Notes: generated by a model from the letters alone, not told the origin. Counted from the first letter of the stretch, positions 38,473-49,316 are shown. The stretch is 64,000 nt of DNA from Candidatus Nomurabacteria bacterium (GCA_020632035.1 JACKGG010000001.1:152985-216984), one strand, 5' to 3'. Numbers and translations are program-made.

Positions 38473-39824
38473 TCTTTGATATCAATTTCATTTATACATC
38501 TAACAAACTCGTCGTTTCTCTCATATTCATTTTTGAACATTCCAAATGAGGCGAAACCTGGGCTAAAGAGGAGGACGTCTCCGGGTTGGCCGGAGGCCAA
38601 CCCGGCCGAAACAGCATCAGACAAACTCCCCACCACCTCAGACTCAACCATTTCTTTTAGAACATCTGTACCCGTGCCCTTTAATAAAACAATCTTCTTA
38701 CAGAACTTCTTTGTCTCTTCGGCCAAAGGAGATGGGTCAATATTTTTGTATGCGCCACCGGCAATTAGAATTACATTCTTATCATTAATATTTCCCACAG
38801 CTTGCAAACCTTTTACCGTTGCTTCAGGAATTGTAGAATTATTATCATTATAAATCTTTACCCCATTTTTTTCTCCTAGGTATTCGAGCCGACCAGGTAC
38901 GCCTGGAAAACTAGCCAATCCAGCGAAAATAGACTCTTCATCTAAACTAACTGCCTTCAAGGCTTCGCAAGCAATGGCGGCGTTTAGTCGATTATGTGCT
39001 CCAGGCATGGCCAATAGCGCGTCTTCGGGGATAACTGACTCATCTACCAACTTGACCTCTTGACCTAGGGTTACCCTAGGCAATTGTTTAGCTAGTTCAA
39101 AAACTTCTGGAGTGGTGACGAGGACTCCGCTTTCTTCTTGGTATTCAAATATATTGGCTTTGTCGGCAAAATATAATTTCAAAGCTTCTTCTTTAGTTCT
39201 ACCTCCAGCTTGATAGTAGTTGAGGTGATCTTCCATAAAGTTGGTAAATACAGCAACTTGTGGACTCATCTTTGACCATCCCCAGCCTTGTAACTGCCAA
39301 GAGTCTAACTCCATAACACAGAGTGAATCTTCATTTACTTCATCTAAAAGTTGTAGATTGGAAACACCACGGACATTCCCGCCGAGAAGGACTTTTTCAC
39401 CAGTTACTTCAGTCAAAACATGATGAATCATGTGTGTGACAGTAGACTTCCCCCTAGTACCAGTCACTCCAATAATCGGTACTTTAGAAATTTCGGCAAA
39501 CCAAGCTGCCGATTGTTTGAGTGGCACGCCCGCTTTGCGGGCGTGCTCAAAGACTTCCAAATCCATCGGAGCTCCAGCACCCACCAAGACAAAGTCACAT
39601 TCAGTGAAGTGTTCCTTTTGATATGGACCAAAAGAAAATCTGACATTTGGATAGTCTGCCAATGCATCGACGGATGGTTGCATTACTTCTTCTGAGGCAT
39701 CATCAACCACGTGTACTTCAGCTCCTGCATCAGCTAAAAATTTTGCGTCGCCGACACCTCTACCAAGTAGGCCAATTCTCATTACAGTTATTTTCTTTCC
39801 GTAAAAATATTCTTTAAAATTCAT
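38469..39824 (-). CDS. murD: UDP-N-acetylmuramoylalanine--D-glutamate ligase
   Basis: N-terminal MRIGLLGRGVGDAKFLADAGAEV, IIGVTGTRGKSTVTHMIHHVL P-loop, MPGAHNRLNAAIACEALKA; contains in-frame REP copy (39061-39081) and GC palindrome (39534-39556). Confidence 0.75.
   Translation of the reverse strand: MNFKEYFYGKKITVMRIGLLGRGVGDAKFLADAGAEVHVVDDASEEVMQPSVDALADYPNVRFSFGPYQKEHFTECDFVLVGAGAPMDLEVFEHARKAGVPLKQSAAWFAEISKVPIIGVTGTRGKSTVTHMIHHVLTEVTGEKVLLGGNVRGVSNLQLLDEVNEDSLCVMELDSWQLQGWGWSKMSPQVAVFTNFMEDHLNYYQAGGRTKEEALKLYFADKANIFEYQEESGVLVTTPEVFELAKQLPRVTLGQEVKLVDESVIPEDALLAMPGAHNRLNAAIACEALKAVSLDEESIFAGLASFPGVPGRLEYLGEKNGVKIYNDNNSTIPEATVKGLQAVGNINDKNVILIAGGAYKNIDPSPLAEETKKFCKKIVLLKGTGTDVLKEMVESEVVGSLSDAVSAGLASGQPGDVLLFSPGFASFGMFKNEYERNDEFVRCINEIDIKE
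39061..39081. repeat. REP-like palindrome copy (tgacctagggttaccctaggca) inserted in-frame inside murD
   Basis: Same cctagggt-N-accctagg palindrome as flanks of transposase at 33166-33849; encodes LPRVTLGQE in murD reading frame. Confidence 0.65.
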
Positions 39825-39926
39825 ACCACCATACTAGTAAAAATACCTATAAAAAGCCATAGATGAAGGACCTTTGTCTGATTTATTATACTGGAGTACT
39901 ATAGGTTTAAGATCTATTCATAATCA

Positions 39927-40958
39927 TTGTTATATATGAGAATCGAGGAAGATTTGAAGCTAGACTATAGTGATGTGCTCATTCGACCTAAAAGAAGTGC
40001 TCTATCCAGCCGAAAAGAAGTAAATCTTGAACGCGAATTTAAGTTTAGACATGGAGATAAAAACTGGAAAGGAATTCCTATCATTGCCTCAAACATGGAC
40101 GGAATCGGTACCATATCAATGATGAAATCTCTATCAAAGCAAAAAATGATGGTCGCTTTACATAAGCACTATGAATCAGAGAGATACTCGGAAATTATAG
40201 ATGAGTTTACTTTTCTCACCAGTGGAATAAAAGAAGAAGATTTGGAAAAATTAGAAGCTCTACAAAAAAATAAACCTATAAGATTTATCTGTCTAGACGT
40301 AGCAAATGGATACACTGAAAGATTTGTTTCAGTTGTCAGTCGAGTGAGAGAGATGTGTCCGGACAGTATTATCATGGCCGGAAACGTAGTAACTGGTGAA
40401 ATGACCGAGCAACTCATTCTTTCTGGTGCAGATATTATAAAAATAGGTATTGGACCAGGCTCTGTTTGCACAACTAGAGCCAAAGCTGGAGTCGGATATC
40501 CACAACTCTCTGCTGTAATTGAATGTGCAGATGCAGCTCACGGACTCAATGGTATGGTTTGTGCAGACGGCGGATGTACCAATCCTGGTGATATTGCCAA
40601 AGCTTTCGGAGCTGGTGCTGATTTTGTTATGTTGGGAGGAATGTTAGCTGGACACACTGAATCAGAGCTTGAGCTAATTGAAAAAGATGGACTACAATAT
40701 TGCGAATATTATGGCTCCAGTTCTCAAAAAGCGATGCAAAAACACTCTGGAGGAAAAGCTGAATATAGAGCATCGGAAGGAAAAGAAGTGCTTATTCCGT
40801 TCAAAGGAGATGTGTCTAAAACCCTAGAGGAAATTCTGGGTGGTGTTCGTTCGGCGTGTACATACGCAGGAGCGGAAACGTTAAAACAACTTTCTAAATG
40901 CACCACCTTCGTGAGGGTCAGTAACCAAACTAACAACATATTCGGACTTCCTCAATAA
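39927..40958 (+). CDS. guaC: GMP reductase (IMPDH/GuaC family)
   Basis: DYSDVLIRPKRS, IIASNMDGIGT, KIGIGPGSVCTTR (catalytic Cys loop), 343 aa matches GuaC length. Confidence 0.75.
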   Translation: MLYMRIEEDLKLDYSDVLIRPKRSALSSRKEVNLEREFKFRHGDKNWKGIPIIASNMDGIGTISMMKSLSKQKMMVALHKHYESERYSEIIDEFTFLTSGIKEEDLEKLEALQKNKPIRFICLDVANGYTERFVSVVSRVREMCPDSIIMAGNVVTGEMTEQLILSGADIIKIGIGPGSVCTTRAKAGVGYPQLSAVIECADAAHGLNGMVCADGGCTNPGDIAKAFGAGADFVMLGGMLAGHTESELELIEKDGLQYCEYYGSSSQKAMQKHSGGKAEYRASEGKEVLIPFKGDVSKTLEEILGGVRSACTYAGAETLKQLSKCTTFVRVSNQTNNIFGLPQ

Positions 40959-40978
40959 ATTAGTGCTATTATTCTGTT

Positions 40979-41167
40979 ATGAAAACTAATGGGAATGATA
41001 AATCGTTGGAAGCATACAAAATATTCCCGTACGTAGCCTGGATACTTACAGCATGCTTCGCTTTTTTTGTCTATAAAATCACTACCGACCTGAAGTCAGT
41101 AGTTGCTGACTTACAAGAACAAACCCAACGACTACAGGATAAAGTTGACACTCCATTGAAGACATAG
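40979..41167 (+). CDS. Hypothetical small membrane protein (62 aa)
   Basis: Single TM helix ORF followed by hairpin at 41180-41212. Confidence 0.3.
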   Translation: MKTNGNDKSLEAYKIFPYVAWILTACFAFFVYKITTDLKSVVADLQEQTQRLQDKVDTPLKT

Positions 41168-41470
41168 AAGATTTTGACGCATAATTAAAAACCGCCAGAC
41201 TACTTGGGTCCAGCGGTTTTAAAGCTATTCGCGCTCCAGGGTTCGAACTCTACGAGTTCAGTTCAGGTTGTTGCTATTTTGTAAAATCAAAATAGCTGGC
41301 AACCTCCTAAAACTTACTCCCAGAAAGTTTAGCCTAGGATCTTTTAAATTAAATAACGAGCGAAGCAACTATATCGAAGTATGTAAGAATTTTGCTGGAA
41401 AATAATGAGTTCACGAATATATTTTCTGTATGCAGGCTCAGCTCGCGTGGACACAAAAGTCCCGCTGTCT

Positions 41471-41772
41471 GTCCGCGCTCTAGGGTTCGAACCTAGGACC
41501 TTTCGAGTATCAGTCGAATGCTCTACCAACCCTATTGCCTCGTAAACATCGGCAATTCGCTCCGCGACCGGGAAAAATACTATACGTATTTTTCAGCTCG
41601 CGCGTACAAGTAAAAAACATCGTCCGCGCTCTAGGGTTCGAACCTAGGACCTTTCGAGTATCAGTCGAATGCTCTACCAACCCTATTGCCTCGTAAACAT
41701 CGGCAATTCGCTCCGCGACCGGGAAAAATACTATACGTATTTTTCAGCTCGCGCGTACAAGTAAAAAACATC
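41471..41772 (-). repeat. Perfect 2 x 151-bp tandem repeat, each unit = 3' ~60 nt of tRNA-Ile + 90-nt spacer
   Basis: Units 41471-41621 and 41622-41772 are identical by eye; each begins with tRNA-Ile 3' portion (T-arm, anticodon arm, part of D-arm) and diverges at the D-loop. Confidence 0.85.
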
Positions 41773-41773
41773 G

Positions 41774-41846
41774 TCCGCGCTCTAGGGTTCGAACCTAGGA
41801 CCTTTCGAGTATCAGTCGAATGCTCTACCAACTGAGCTAAGCGCGG
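41774..41846 (-). tRNA. tRNA-Ile (anticodon GAU)
   Basis: Minus-strand 73-nt cloverleaf: acceptor CCGCGCT/AGCGCGG, D-arm GCTC-AGTTGGTA-GAGC, anticodon loop CTGATAC, T-arm CTAGG-TTCGAAC-CCTAG, discriminator A; CCA not encoded. Confidence 0.85.
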
Positions 41847-41962
41847 ACGATGTTTTCTAACAACGTGGCCAAAACTATAGCAGATTTTAACAATATTTGA
41901 AAGGGTAAAAATGAAAACCGACAGGGTTTGGAACCTTGCCGGTTTAGTGTCGCCGCTAACAA

Positions 41963-42226
41963 CTACATATTGTGGATCGTGAGCAAATCCTCAAAAGTTG
42001 CTCTTGGGAAAGTTGTTTCTCTCCGGTACTTCTCTGGTGCATTTTCACACCGCACCAAGACTTCCTCTTGCTCGAAGGCAACGCACTCACCAGTCAGAGG
42101 ATCGTACCTCTCTACTGGTAGATTAACGGTGACTTCAGCTGCGGAAGGGCCTACGACATGAAACATAGACCATGAAGCGAAAGCTAGTACACCTAATGGT
42201 AACAATATTTTTTTCAACAAACTCAT
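41963..42226 (-). CDS. Small secreted protein (87 aa)
   Basis: Alternative start (TTG) with RBS aggggacaATG; signal peptide MSLLKKILLPLGVLAFASWS. Confidence 0.4.
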   Translation of the reverse strand: MSLLKKILLPLGVLAFASWSMFHVVGPSAAEVTVNLPVERYDPLTGECVAFEQEEVLVRCENAPEKYRRETTFPRATFEDLLTIHNM

Positions 42227-42367
42227 TGTCCCCTAACCTCTTTGTTAGAAATTGTTACAAATGAAAACCACGCCGGATGACGCGAGACAGCATTATATAC
42301 GTTTTTTTACAAAAGTCAAACTGTTAAATTCATCCATACTGACTTCGACCTGCGGTATAATATTTAT

Positions 42368-42808
42368 ATGAAAAAAACCACTGCTCTAGCCTCGCTTCTT
42401 CTGTTACCAGTAATAACTCATGCTGAATCACTTCAGACTTTTTTCACTAACTTCATACAATTTCTAAGTAACATAGTCATCCCCTTTTTACTTGGAATAG
42501 CCTTTCTTTTCTTCGTAATCAATGCCTTTAGATTCTTTATATATGGTGGTGACAACGAAGAAGATCAGACAAAGGCTAAAACTTTAGCCATCTATAGTAT
42601 TTCAGCCTTTATATTAATCATTACCTTTTGGGGAATAATTAATTTATTAGTCAGTAGCTTAGGTTTTGGTGGAGTAGATCAACCACCATCTGACTACGTG
42701 TGTCCAGATGGTTTATGTCCAGAAAATCAAGAGCCTGATTGGATTCCTCCAATAGACAACCCTTGTAATGACCCGACCAACCCAGCTTGTAATCCGGGCA
42801 GGGCTTAG
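42368..42808 (+). CDS. Secreted two-TM protein, TrbC/VirB2-like T4SS-pilin candidate with Cys/Pro-rich C-terminus
   Basis: Signal peptide MKKTTALASLLLLPVITHA, two hydrophobic helices, C-terminal CPDGLCPENQEPDWIPPIDNPCNDPTNPACNPG; followed by terminator 42820-42856. Confidence 0.3.
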   Translation: MKKTTALASLLLLPVITHAESLQTFFTNFIQFLSNIVIPFLLGIAFLFFVINAFRFFIYGGDNEEDQTKAKTLAIYSISAFILIITFWGIINLLVSSLGFGGVDQPPSDYVCPDGLCPENQEPDWIPPIDNPCNDPTNPACNPGRA

Positions 42809-42819
42809 ACTTAATAAAC

Positions 42820-42856
42820 AAAAGACGGTGGCCTTTGGGCCACCGTCTTTTGTTTA
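42820..42856 (+). terminator. Rho-independent terminator
   Basis: aaaagacggtggcc-tttg-ggccaccgtcttttgtttatt. Confidence 0.7.
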
Positions 42857-43087
42857 TTAAAACTCTACTTCTGTTCGTAAGGGTTTATTCATAATCATAA
42901 CTCACAGCAGACTTGGAGTGTCACGTACTCTTTTGTCTTATCCTTTAGGCTTGGTCTTTCCCAAGAGTCTAATACCATTTCAGAGAATTGAGTATCATTT
43001 CTCGTTATGTGCTCAATTGAGGCACATAACACCGACCAATTAGTTATCATTGTGCTTTGTTACCAAAACACGACAACGTATCCAATT

Positions 43088-44545
<1,458 letters not shown>

Positions 44546-45229
44546 ACAGGTTTCAAATACCGTAGTATTTTGAATCTGCGTCTTTGAACATAATGCGCGC
44601 ATGTACTTCATGTGCCGCGCGTTCAAAAACAATTTTCCTATAAGGATAAGACAAAAGAATGTATGACCTCGCGGATCGATCTTTTGTCTTGGTTGCTTAC
44701 ATATTCTTGTGGAAAGAATATGTATTATTGCTGTGATGCATGTTCATCATAATCATTAAAATGATTATTTAAAACATACTTCTCAATCACATTATGGGAA
44801 TGTGAAAGAGAGTTATGAAATTGGGCAAACTTAATCACCCAACCCTTACAAACAAATTTTTCCTTAAAATAAAAAATCTTCCGAAGAAAAATTTGTTTGT
44901 AAGAACTGTCAATTTACTCTGTTCCCTCTCGAATATTTACGTCGGAACTTACCCGCACATAAAGCGCCACAAGAGTACTTCCAAATTCATAGTCGTTTTC
45001 ACTCCTTGAATTTTAGGTCGCGCAAAACTGGCACTTTTCAACATCCGATGAACAGTGGCGCTATTATACAGATAAGCAAAAAAAGTGCAAGTACCCTAAC
45101 TGGATATTATTTCTTACAGAACACTAAAACGACATTATCGTCGTCATAAGCACATCTTCTGCTGTCTAAAATCCCGTTTGGGCCCGAAAAATTAAGGGCA
45201 CATAATATATTTAATCACTAAATCTTATC

Positions 45230-45266
45230 GGGCAAAAGAAAAGCCCGCTGTATAAAAATAACGGGC
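45230..45266 (-). terminator. Rho-independent terminator after coiled-coil surface protein gene
   Basis: Minus strand gcccgttatttttatacagcgggc followed by ttttcttttg. Confidence 0.5.
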
Positions 45267-45351
45267 CATCATATCCTCTCAAGATCTTAAGAACAAACTA
45301 AATACGAGAGGAAAATTGTGGCGGTCGAATTGCTCGGCGACCTATTGTGCG

Positions 45352-46629
45352 CTAGGCGGGCAACATTGCCTGCTCTGAACCAATTGTTTCGGACTGACGA
45401 TCTACATCATCCAATACGTTTGATCGTCGGCGCATGAAACGGTTAAGCTTCCATGCTACCCAACATGCAATGAGAATGAGAATGCCGCCTATGAGATATG
45501 TCACATTCACCTCTTCCCAGATCCAACCATAAGACTCCGCCGACGAGGTTTGCACCACTTCGGCCTGAGGTTGAGGTTGATCGAGCTTTTGCAAAGCTTG
45601 CCGTGCAGCCGCGACTTGGCTTTGACGCTGTTGCGTCTCTGCCAACTTTTCGGCCAAACGAGCACTCTCGGCTTCAGCCAAAATCGACTGCACCTCAAGC
45701 AAAATCTCATCCTTAAAGGCTTGACGCACTTCAGGAGAGAATTTGGGTGCCGCCTCAAGGGCAGCAATGGTTGTGTCATACTTCTCGAAACCATTGTCTA
45801 CCTTAGTCTGGAGCTCCGCCCACTTCTCGCCTTGCGCTTGAAGCTGAGCCTGGAAGTTTTTCAGCTGACCGAGTTGCTCGGCCAGCTTGGCGTTGTTCCC
45901 GGCAATTGCTGCCTTGACGGACGCCAAATCCTGGGATTGCTCGAGGATTATTAACTTCATAAACCCTGCTGTGCTGAGCAGTGTTGCCTGCGCAGCAGCA
46001 ACCGAGGCATCACCAGTGGCGTCGACTCCTTTTATAAAGCCTTCCAACTGGTCGAGCTCACCAGCCAGTGTTGCCCTTGCGACAGGATCGTCGCCCGCTG
46101 CTTCCGCTGCTTCGCGGATACTGGTAATACCGCGATCCGCTGAATTAAGCTGTTCAACAGCGCCCCCGACTGCTTTGGCCTTGTCAGCCGCGACTTCGGA
46201 AGATACTGCCAGCGCCGGCGACGTATTCTCCGCTGGTGCAATCGGTACCGGAAGAAGCCATTTGGTCGCGATAAACTCCTCTTTAGTTATAGTCAGTCGG
46301 AGTTCACCGTTTTCATCGAGCAAAGTCGGTGTCTCTCCCATAAATTGGGTTTCGACAAACTGTAGCATATACTTTTCCACTTCTTCAACCGACGCTGTCT
46401 GACTTAAATATCCGTTGTCCTTTGCCAGAGCGACGACCATATGACTGATTCCGTAAAAGGTCAAATTGCCATCACTGTCAATAAACCCTTCCTTTGTCTC
46501 CATGTAGGCAAACACTTCCGCTGGATCATTCCAAGTGGGTTCACCCGCGGGGTTGCCAGCTTGGGAATTGACAGTTGTCAAAAGCAACAGAACTGCCACC
46601 AGTGTACATGTGATACTTTTCATTTTCAT
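45352..46629 (-). CDS. Secreted Ala/Gln/Glu-rich coiled-coil protein with C-terminal TM anchor
   Basis: Signal peptide MKMKSITCTLVAVLLLLTTVNSQA; long alpha-helical heptad-like A/Q/E/L region; C-terminal TM LIGGILILIACWVAW + basic tail; GC-rich codon usage. Confidence 0.5.
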   Translation of the reverse strand: MKMKSITCTLVAVLLLLTTVNSQAGNPAGEPTWNDPAEVFAYMETKEGFIDSDGNLTFYGISHMVVALAKDNGYLSQTASVEEVEKYMLQFVETQFMGETPTLLDENGELRLTITKEEFIATKWLLPVPIAPAENTSPALAVSSEVAADKAKAVGGAVEQLNSADRGITSIREAAEAAGDDPVARATLAGELDQLEGFIKGVDATGDASVAAAQATLLSTAGFMKLIILEQSQDLASVKAAIAGNNAKLAEQLGQLKNFQAQLQAQGEKWAELQTKVDNGFEKYDTTIAALEAAPKFSPEVRQAFKDEILLEVQSILAEAESARLAEKLAETQQRQSQVAAARQALQKLDQPQPQAEVVQTSSAESYGWIWEEVNVTYLIGGILILIACWVAWKLNRFMRRRSNVLDDVDRQSETIGSEQAMLPA

Positions 46630-46707
46630 TGTACTCTCCTAATCTGATGTGGGTTTAAGTGGTTTACCGACGACAGCATAGCTGTCGTCGGTTCACCTCC
46701 GGCGACT

Positions 46708-47310
46708 CTAGTGCGGAACCGAGTTCGCTTCGATTGTGGATTCAGTCGCGACGTTTGTCACGATATGAGAAAAAACCGAAGTCCCTTGTCCACCACCGCA
46801 GTTTTTACACCGCGACAGGTAACCGTTACCAATCGGAGCGATCAGTCTGGTGAACTGGTCGATCAAAAAGCGAGCATCGCCAGCTTGATCCTGAGACTGG
46901 CCCACATAGGCTCTTTCTCCAATCACCATACCAACCTTATCAGTTGGCCTGATGACAACAGCGTTACTATTGAAGCCCATAAGGCCACCGTCGTGTTCCC
47001 ACCATACTGCAACTGACTGAATCGCTGGATTCCATTTGGCGCAGGTTTGGTTGGTCCAGCAAACCGCCTCTCCGGTGAGATAGACCATATAGTTCCAGGT
47101 ATTCACTGCCAAAACTTTCTTGATATGTTCTTCCTTTGCCGTCGCTTGATCAGCTGCTTTCTTGGCGTTGAACTCCTCGAAGTCCGCTTCGGTCAATTTG
47201 ACCTGTCTTGCCGGAGTTGAAGGAGAGGTTATTGAACACCCCGCCAAGATGGCGCAGGTGCAGATGAGCACGGCCAGAAGCCGCGATATTGAAGTTTTCA
47301 TGGTTTTCAC
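46708..47310 (-). CDS. Lipoprotein, hypothetical (200 aa)
   Basis: Lipobox-type signal MKTMKTSISRLLAVLICTCAILAGC; CKNCGGGQG motif; GC-rich. Confidence 0.45.
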   Translation of the reverse strand: MKTMKTSISRLLAVLICTCAILAGCSITSPSTPARQVKLTEADFEEFNAKKAADQATAKEEHIKKVLAVNTWNYMVYLTGEAVCWTNQTCAKWNPAIQSVAVWWEHDGGLMGFNSNAVVIRPTDKVGMVIGERAYVGQSQDQAGDARFLIDQFTRLIAPIGNGYLSRCKNCGGGQGTSVFSHIVTNVATESTIEANSVPH

Positions 47311-47316
47311 CCCTAG

Positions 47317-48054
47317 CTAGTTGAGTTTGACGTTGGTTGGTATGGTCCAGGAATTACTCTTTCCTTTCCCAAGAATATAATCATCGGCGTTGCCGCCGAT
47401 CGTTAATCCGAGCTTTGACTGTCCGTCACAATTACAACAACCGGGAACCCCGGCAATACGCAACGGCTTATTTTTTAACATCTCTTCTGACGAAGTCACC
47501 TGAGTATCCTCGGGTGGTTCGTCTAGAACTAGCACAGGCAGCGGAGGTTCTTTCGGTACTGGTAATACCGGTGTATGAACCGACCAGTTGCTACATGTAT
47601 CCAGGAACAGTACCGCCAATCCATCCTTGTTTCCAGTCGGGCAAGACCAACTTGCCCGCGCTGGGTCATCAGGAAGAATGTCAGTACCGAAATCGATGTA
47701 AAGGTTGGCCGCTTTGTGCGGTTGCCCTGGGCAAGACTGAGTGGTTGTTATCCTCTCACCCTCCTGAACAAAGTGACGAGTACACTGACCCGCTATTTTG
47801 CTGTAAACCCCTATCATCCATTCTGCAAAAGATAGGTTTGGCAGGCGGATTTTTTCTCTTTCCGCCATGATCAGCGGATAAGCTCCCTCGGAGGTCCCTT
47901 TGTATGGGCAAACTCCGACCTTTTTATAAGGTCGAAACTCATCTCCTTTTGGAGCATTATCGTCACCCGTCTCGGCCGAAGCAGAGACCGACAACAACAA
48001 CGCCACAGCTGTTGCCAAAAACAACTTCTGCGCTTTCGCGCTTGCTTTTTTCAT
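47317..48054 (-). CDS. Secreted Cys-containing hypothetical protein (245 aa)
   Basis: Signal peptide MKKASAKAQKLFLATAVALLLSVSASA; GVPGCCNCDGQS motif; GC-rich. Confidence 0.45.
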   Translation of the reverse strand: MKKASAKAQKLFLATAVALLLSVSASAETGDDNAPKGDEFRPYKKVGVCPYKGTSEGAYPLIMAEREKIRLPNLSFAEWMIGVYSKIAGQCTRHFVQEGERITTTQSCPGQPHKAANLYIDFGTDILPDDPARASWSCPTGNKDGLAVLFLDTCSNWSVHTPVLPVPKEPPLPVLVLDEPPEDTQVTSSEEMLKNKPLRIAGVPGCCNCDGQSKLGLTIGGNADDYILGKGKSNSWTIPTNVKLN

Positions 48055-48203
48055 GTTTACTTACCTCTCGTATTTAACTATCAAAATTCCAAGAACCCCT
48101 TACCAGTACACTTTTTATAAAGTGTCAAGGTATAGTCCATAAAAGGATTTATATCATACTTTTGTAAAAAAATCAACCCCGTCATGTTATGAAGATGAAT
48201 ATA

Positions 48204-48242
48204 AAAAACTCCGCGTACCCTTGATGAAGACGGGTAGCGGAG
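48204..48242 (-). terminator. Rho-independent terminator after secreted protein gene 48342..
   Basis: Minus strand ctccgctacccgtcttcatcaagggtacgcggag followed by tttttt. Confidence 0.6.
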
Positions 48243-48341
48243 CTGTATGGGCTCTGCCGCGAAGCAGAGCGATGAACTTAATGTGACAGTCTGACCACAA
48301 CGGCCTGAACTGTCACACGACCTTGGTTACCTGGCGATAGG

Positions 48342-48935
48342 TTAGTGCGACCCACTTCCCTTTTTGCCGCCAAAAGTGGTGACGAAGCCACCACCTTTTA
48401 TACCGGACCAAACACCGGTATTGCCATCCACCCAGAAAGTTTCTCCGGGTTTGAGATGGGCATCGGTTGTCAGAGACTCGATGCCGATGGCATGAGTCTC
48501 AGACCCCATCATCGATAACGATTTGACGTTATCTCCACAGCCCAGGCAACCTTCAGCCTGGTCTTTGGTGACCGTGAAGTCGCCAACCATCTGGCTCACA
48601 CTCTCGTCGAGAGTATAAGCATTGATGAGCGTATCATGGCTGGAAGTCAAATCCCCCCAGCTGCGACCCGAGCCATCGAGTTCCAGCTTCATTGCTCCGG
48701 CAATAGTGTCACCCAAGCTCGGGTGGCGGTCGGGATGATGCGGATTCTCGGGCGGTTGGTGACCACCACAATTTCCATTCTTGCATGGCGACTCGTACCA
48801 GTCATTTGGCGACTGGTTAGGACTGAGCACCAGACTATCCATGACCAGGTTGTCACCACCAGCGAATGCCGGCGGTGACAACCAGGCGGACAGTGCGAGT
48901 GTGATTGCGATTGTTCCGGCTATTTTGCAAATGCG
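48342..48935 (-). CDS. Secreted hypothetical protein
   Basis: ORF track 48342..49037; internal start MRICKIAGTIAITLALSAWLSPPAFA gives a signal peptide; PCKNGNCGGHQ and GCLGCGDN motifs; GC-rich. Confidence 0.4.
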   Translation of the reverse strand, partial: RICKIAGTIAITLALSAWLSPPAFAGGDNLVMDSLVLSPNQSPNDWYESPCKNGNCGGHQPPENPHHPDRHPSLGDTIAGAMKLELDGSGRSWGDLTSSHDTLINAYTLDESVSQMVGDFTVTKDQAEGCLGCGDNVKSLSMMGSETHAIGIESLTTDAHLKPGETFWVDGNTGVWSGIKGGGFVTTFGGKKGSGSH

Positions 48936-49316
48936 CATGCTTTTCTCCATCCTCACGTAGTGAGGTAAAAAGTTGGTATTGCTGCGACGTGCAGCGGCTT
49001 TTGTATCCCAAGAGCGAGATAACGATCTTTGTCTCAAGACGAGACAGATCGTGGATTGGGGACATTTTGATTGAGCCGAAGCTCATCTTTTGTCCCCTCT
49101 CCCGGGCCGGCACGTCTTAAGTAAAGACTTGAGTAAACTAGCACAATATAGAAATTTGTCAACAGCTAAATGTTTACACTTGCCCTTTCTTGCGGGGAAC
49201 TTTATTTAACTCAAAACACCCGAAAGTTCCTTGAAACAAGTTCGCCCAACAAGATTTAAAACTATTTAAACTTATTAGAAATAAAGCTATTTGCAGGTCT
49301 GTCTGATTGCAGTACA

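Noticed and set aside
41195-41290. Independent tRNA gene containing the gggttcgaac T-loop-like motif
   Set aside because: No complementary T-stem or acceptor stem can be formed. The sequence aligns as a degenerate copy of the tRNA-Ile 3' end, so it is treated as part of the fragment array.
41344-41529. 61-aa minus-strand ORF
   Set aside because: Overlaps the tRNA-Ile fragment repeats; an artefact of the repeat sequence.
41471-41772. Tandem 151-bp repeats considered as a possible CRISPR array
   Set aside because: Only two identical full units with no variable spacers. The repeat content is a tRNA-Ile 3' fragment, not a CRISPR repeat, and no cas genes are nearby.
44815-45009. 64-aa ORF in the 16S upstream leader
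   Set aside because: It is an AT-rich, low-complexity ORF inside the presumptive rRNA promoter/leader region, with no RBS.
45498-46402. Several plus-strand ORFs (45498-45716, 45550-45954, 45887-46402) antisense to the coiled-coil surface protein gene
   Set aside because: They are GC-rich antisense frames of an Ala/Gln-rich gene and show typical shadow-ORF behaviour. The minus-strand gene has a signal peptide, a terminator and a coherent domain structure.
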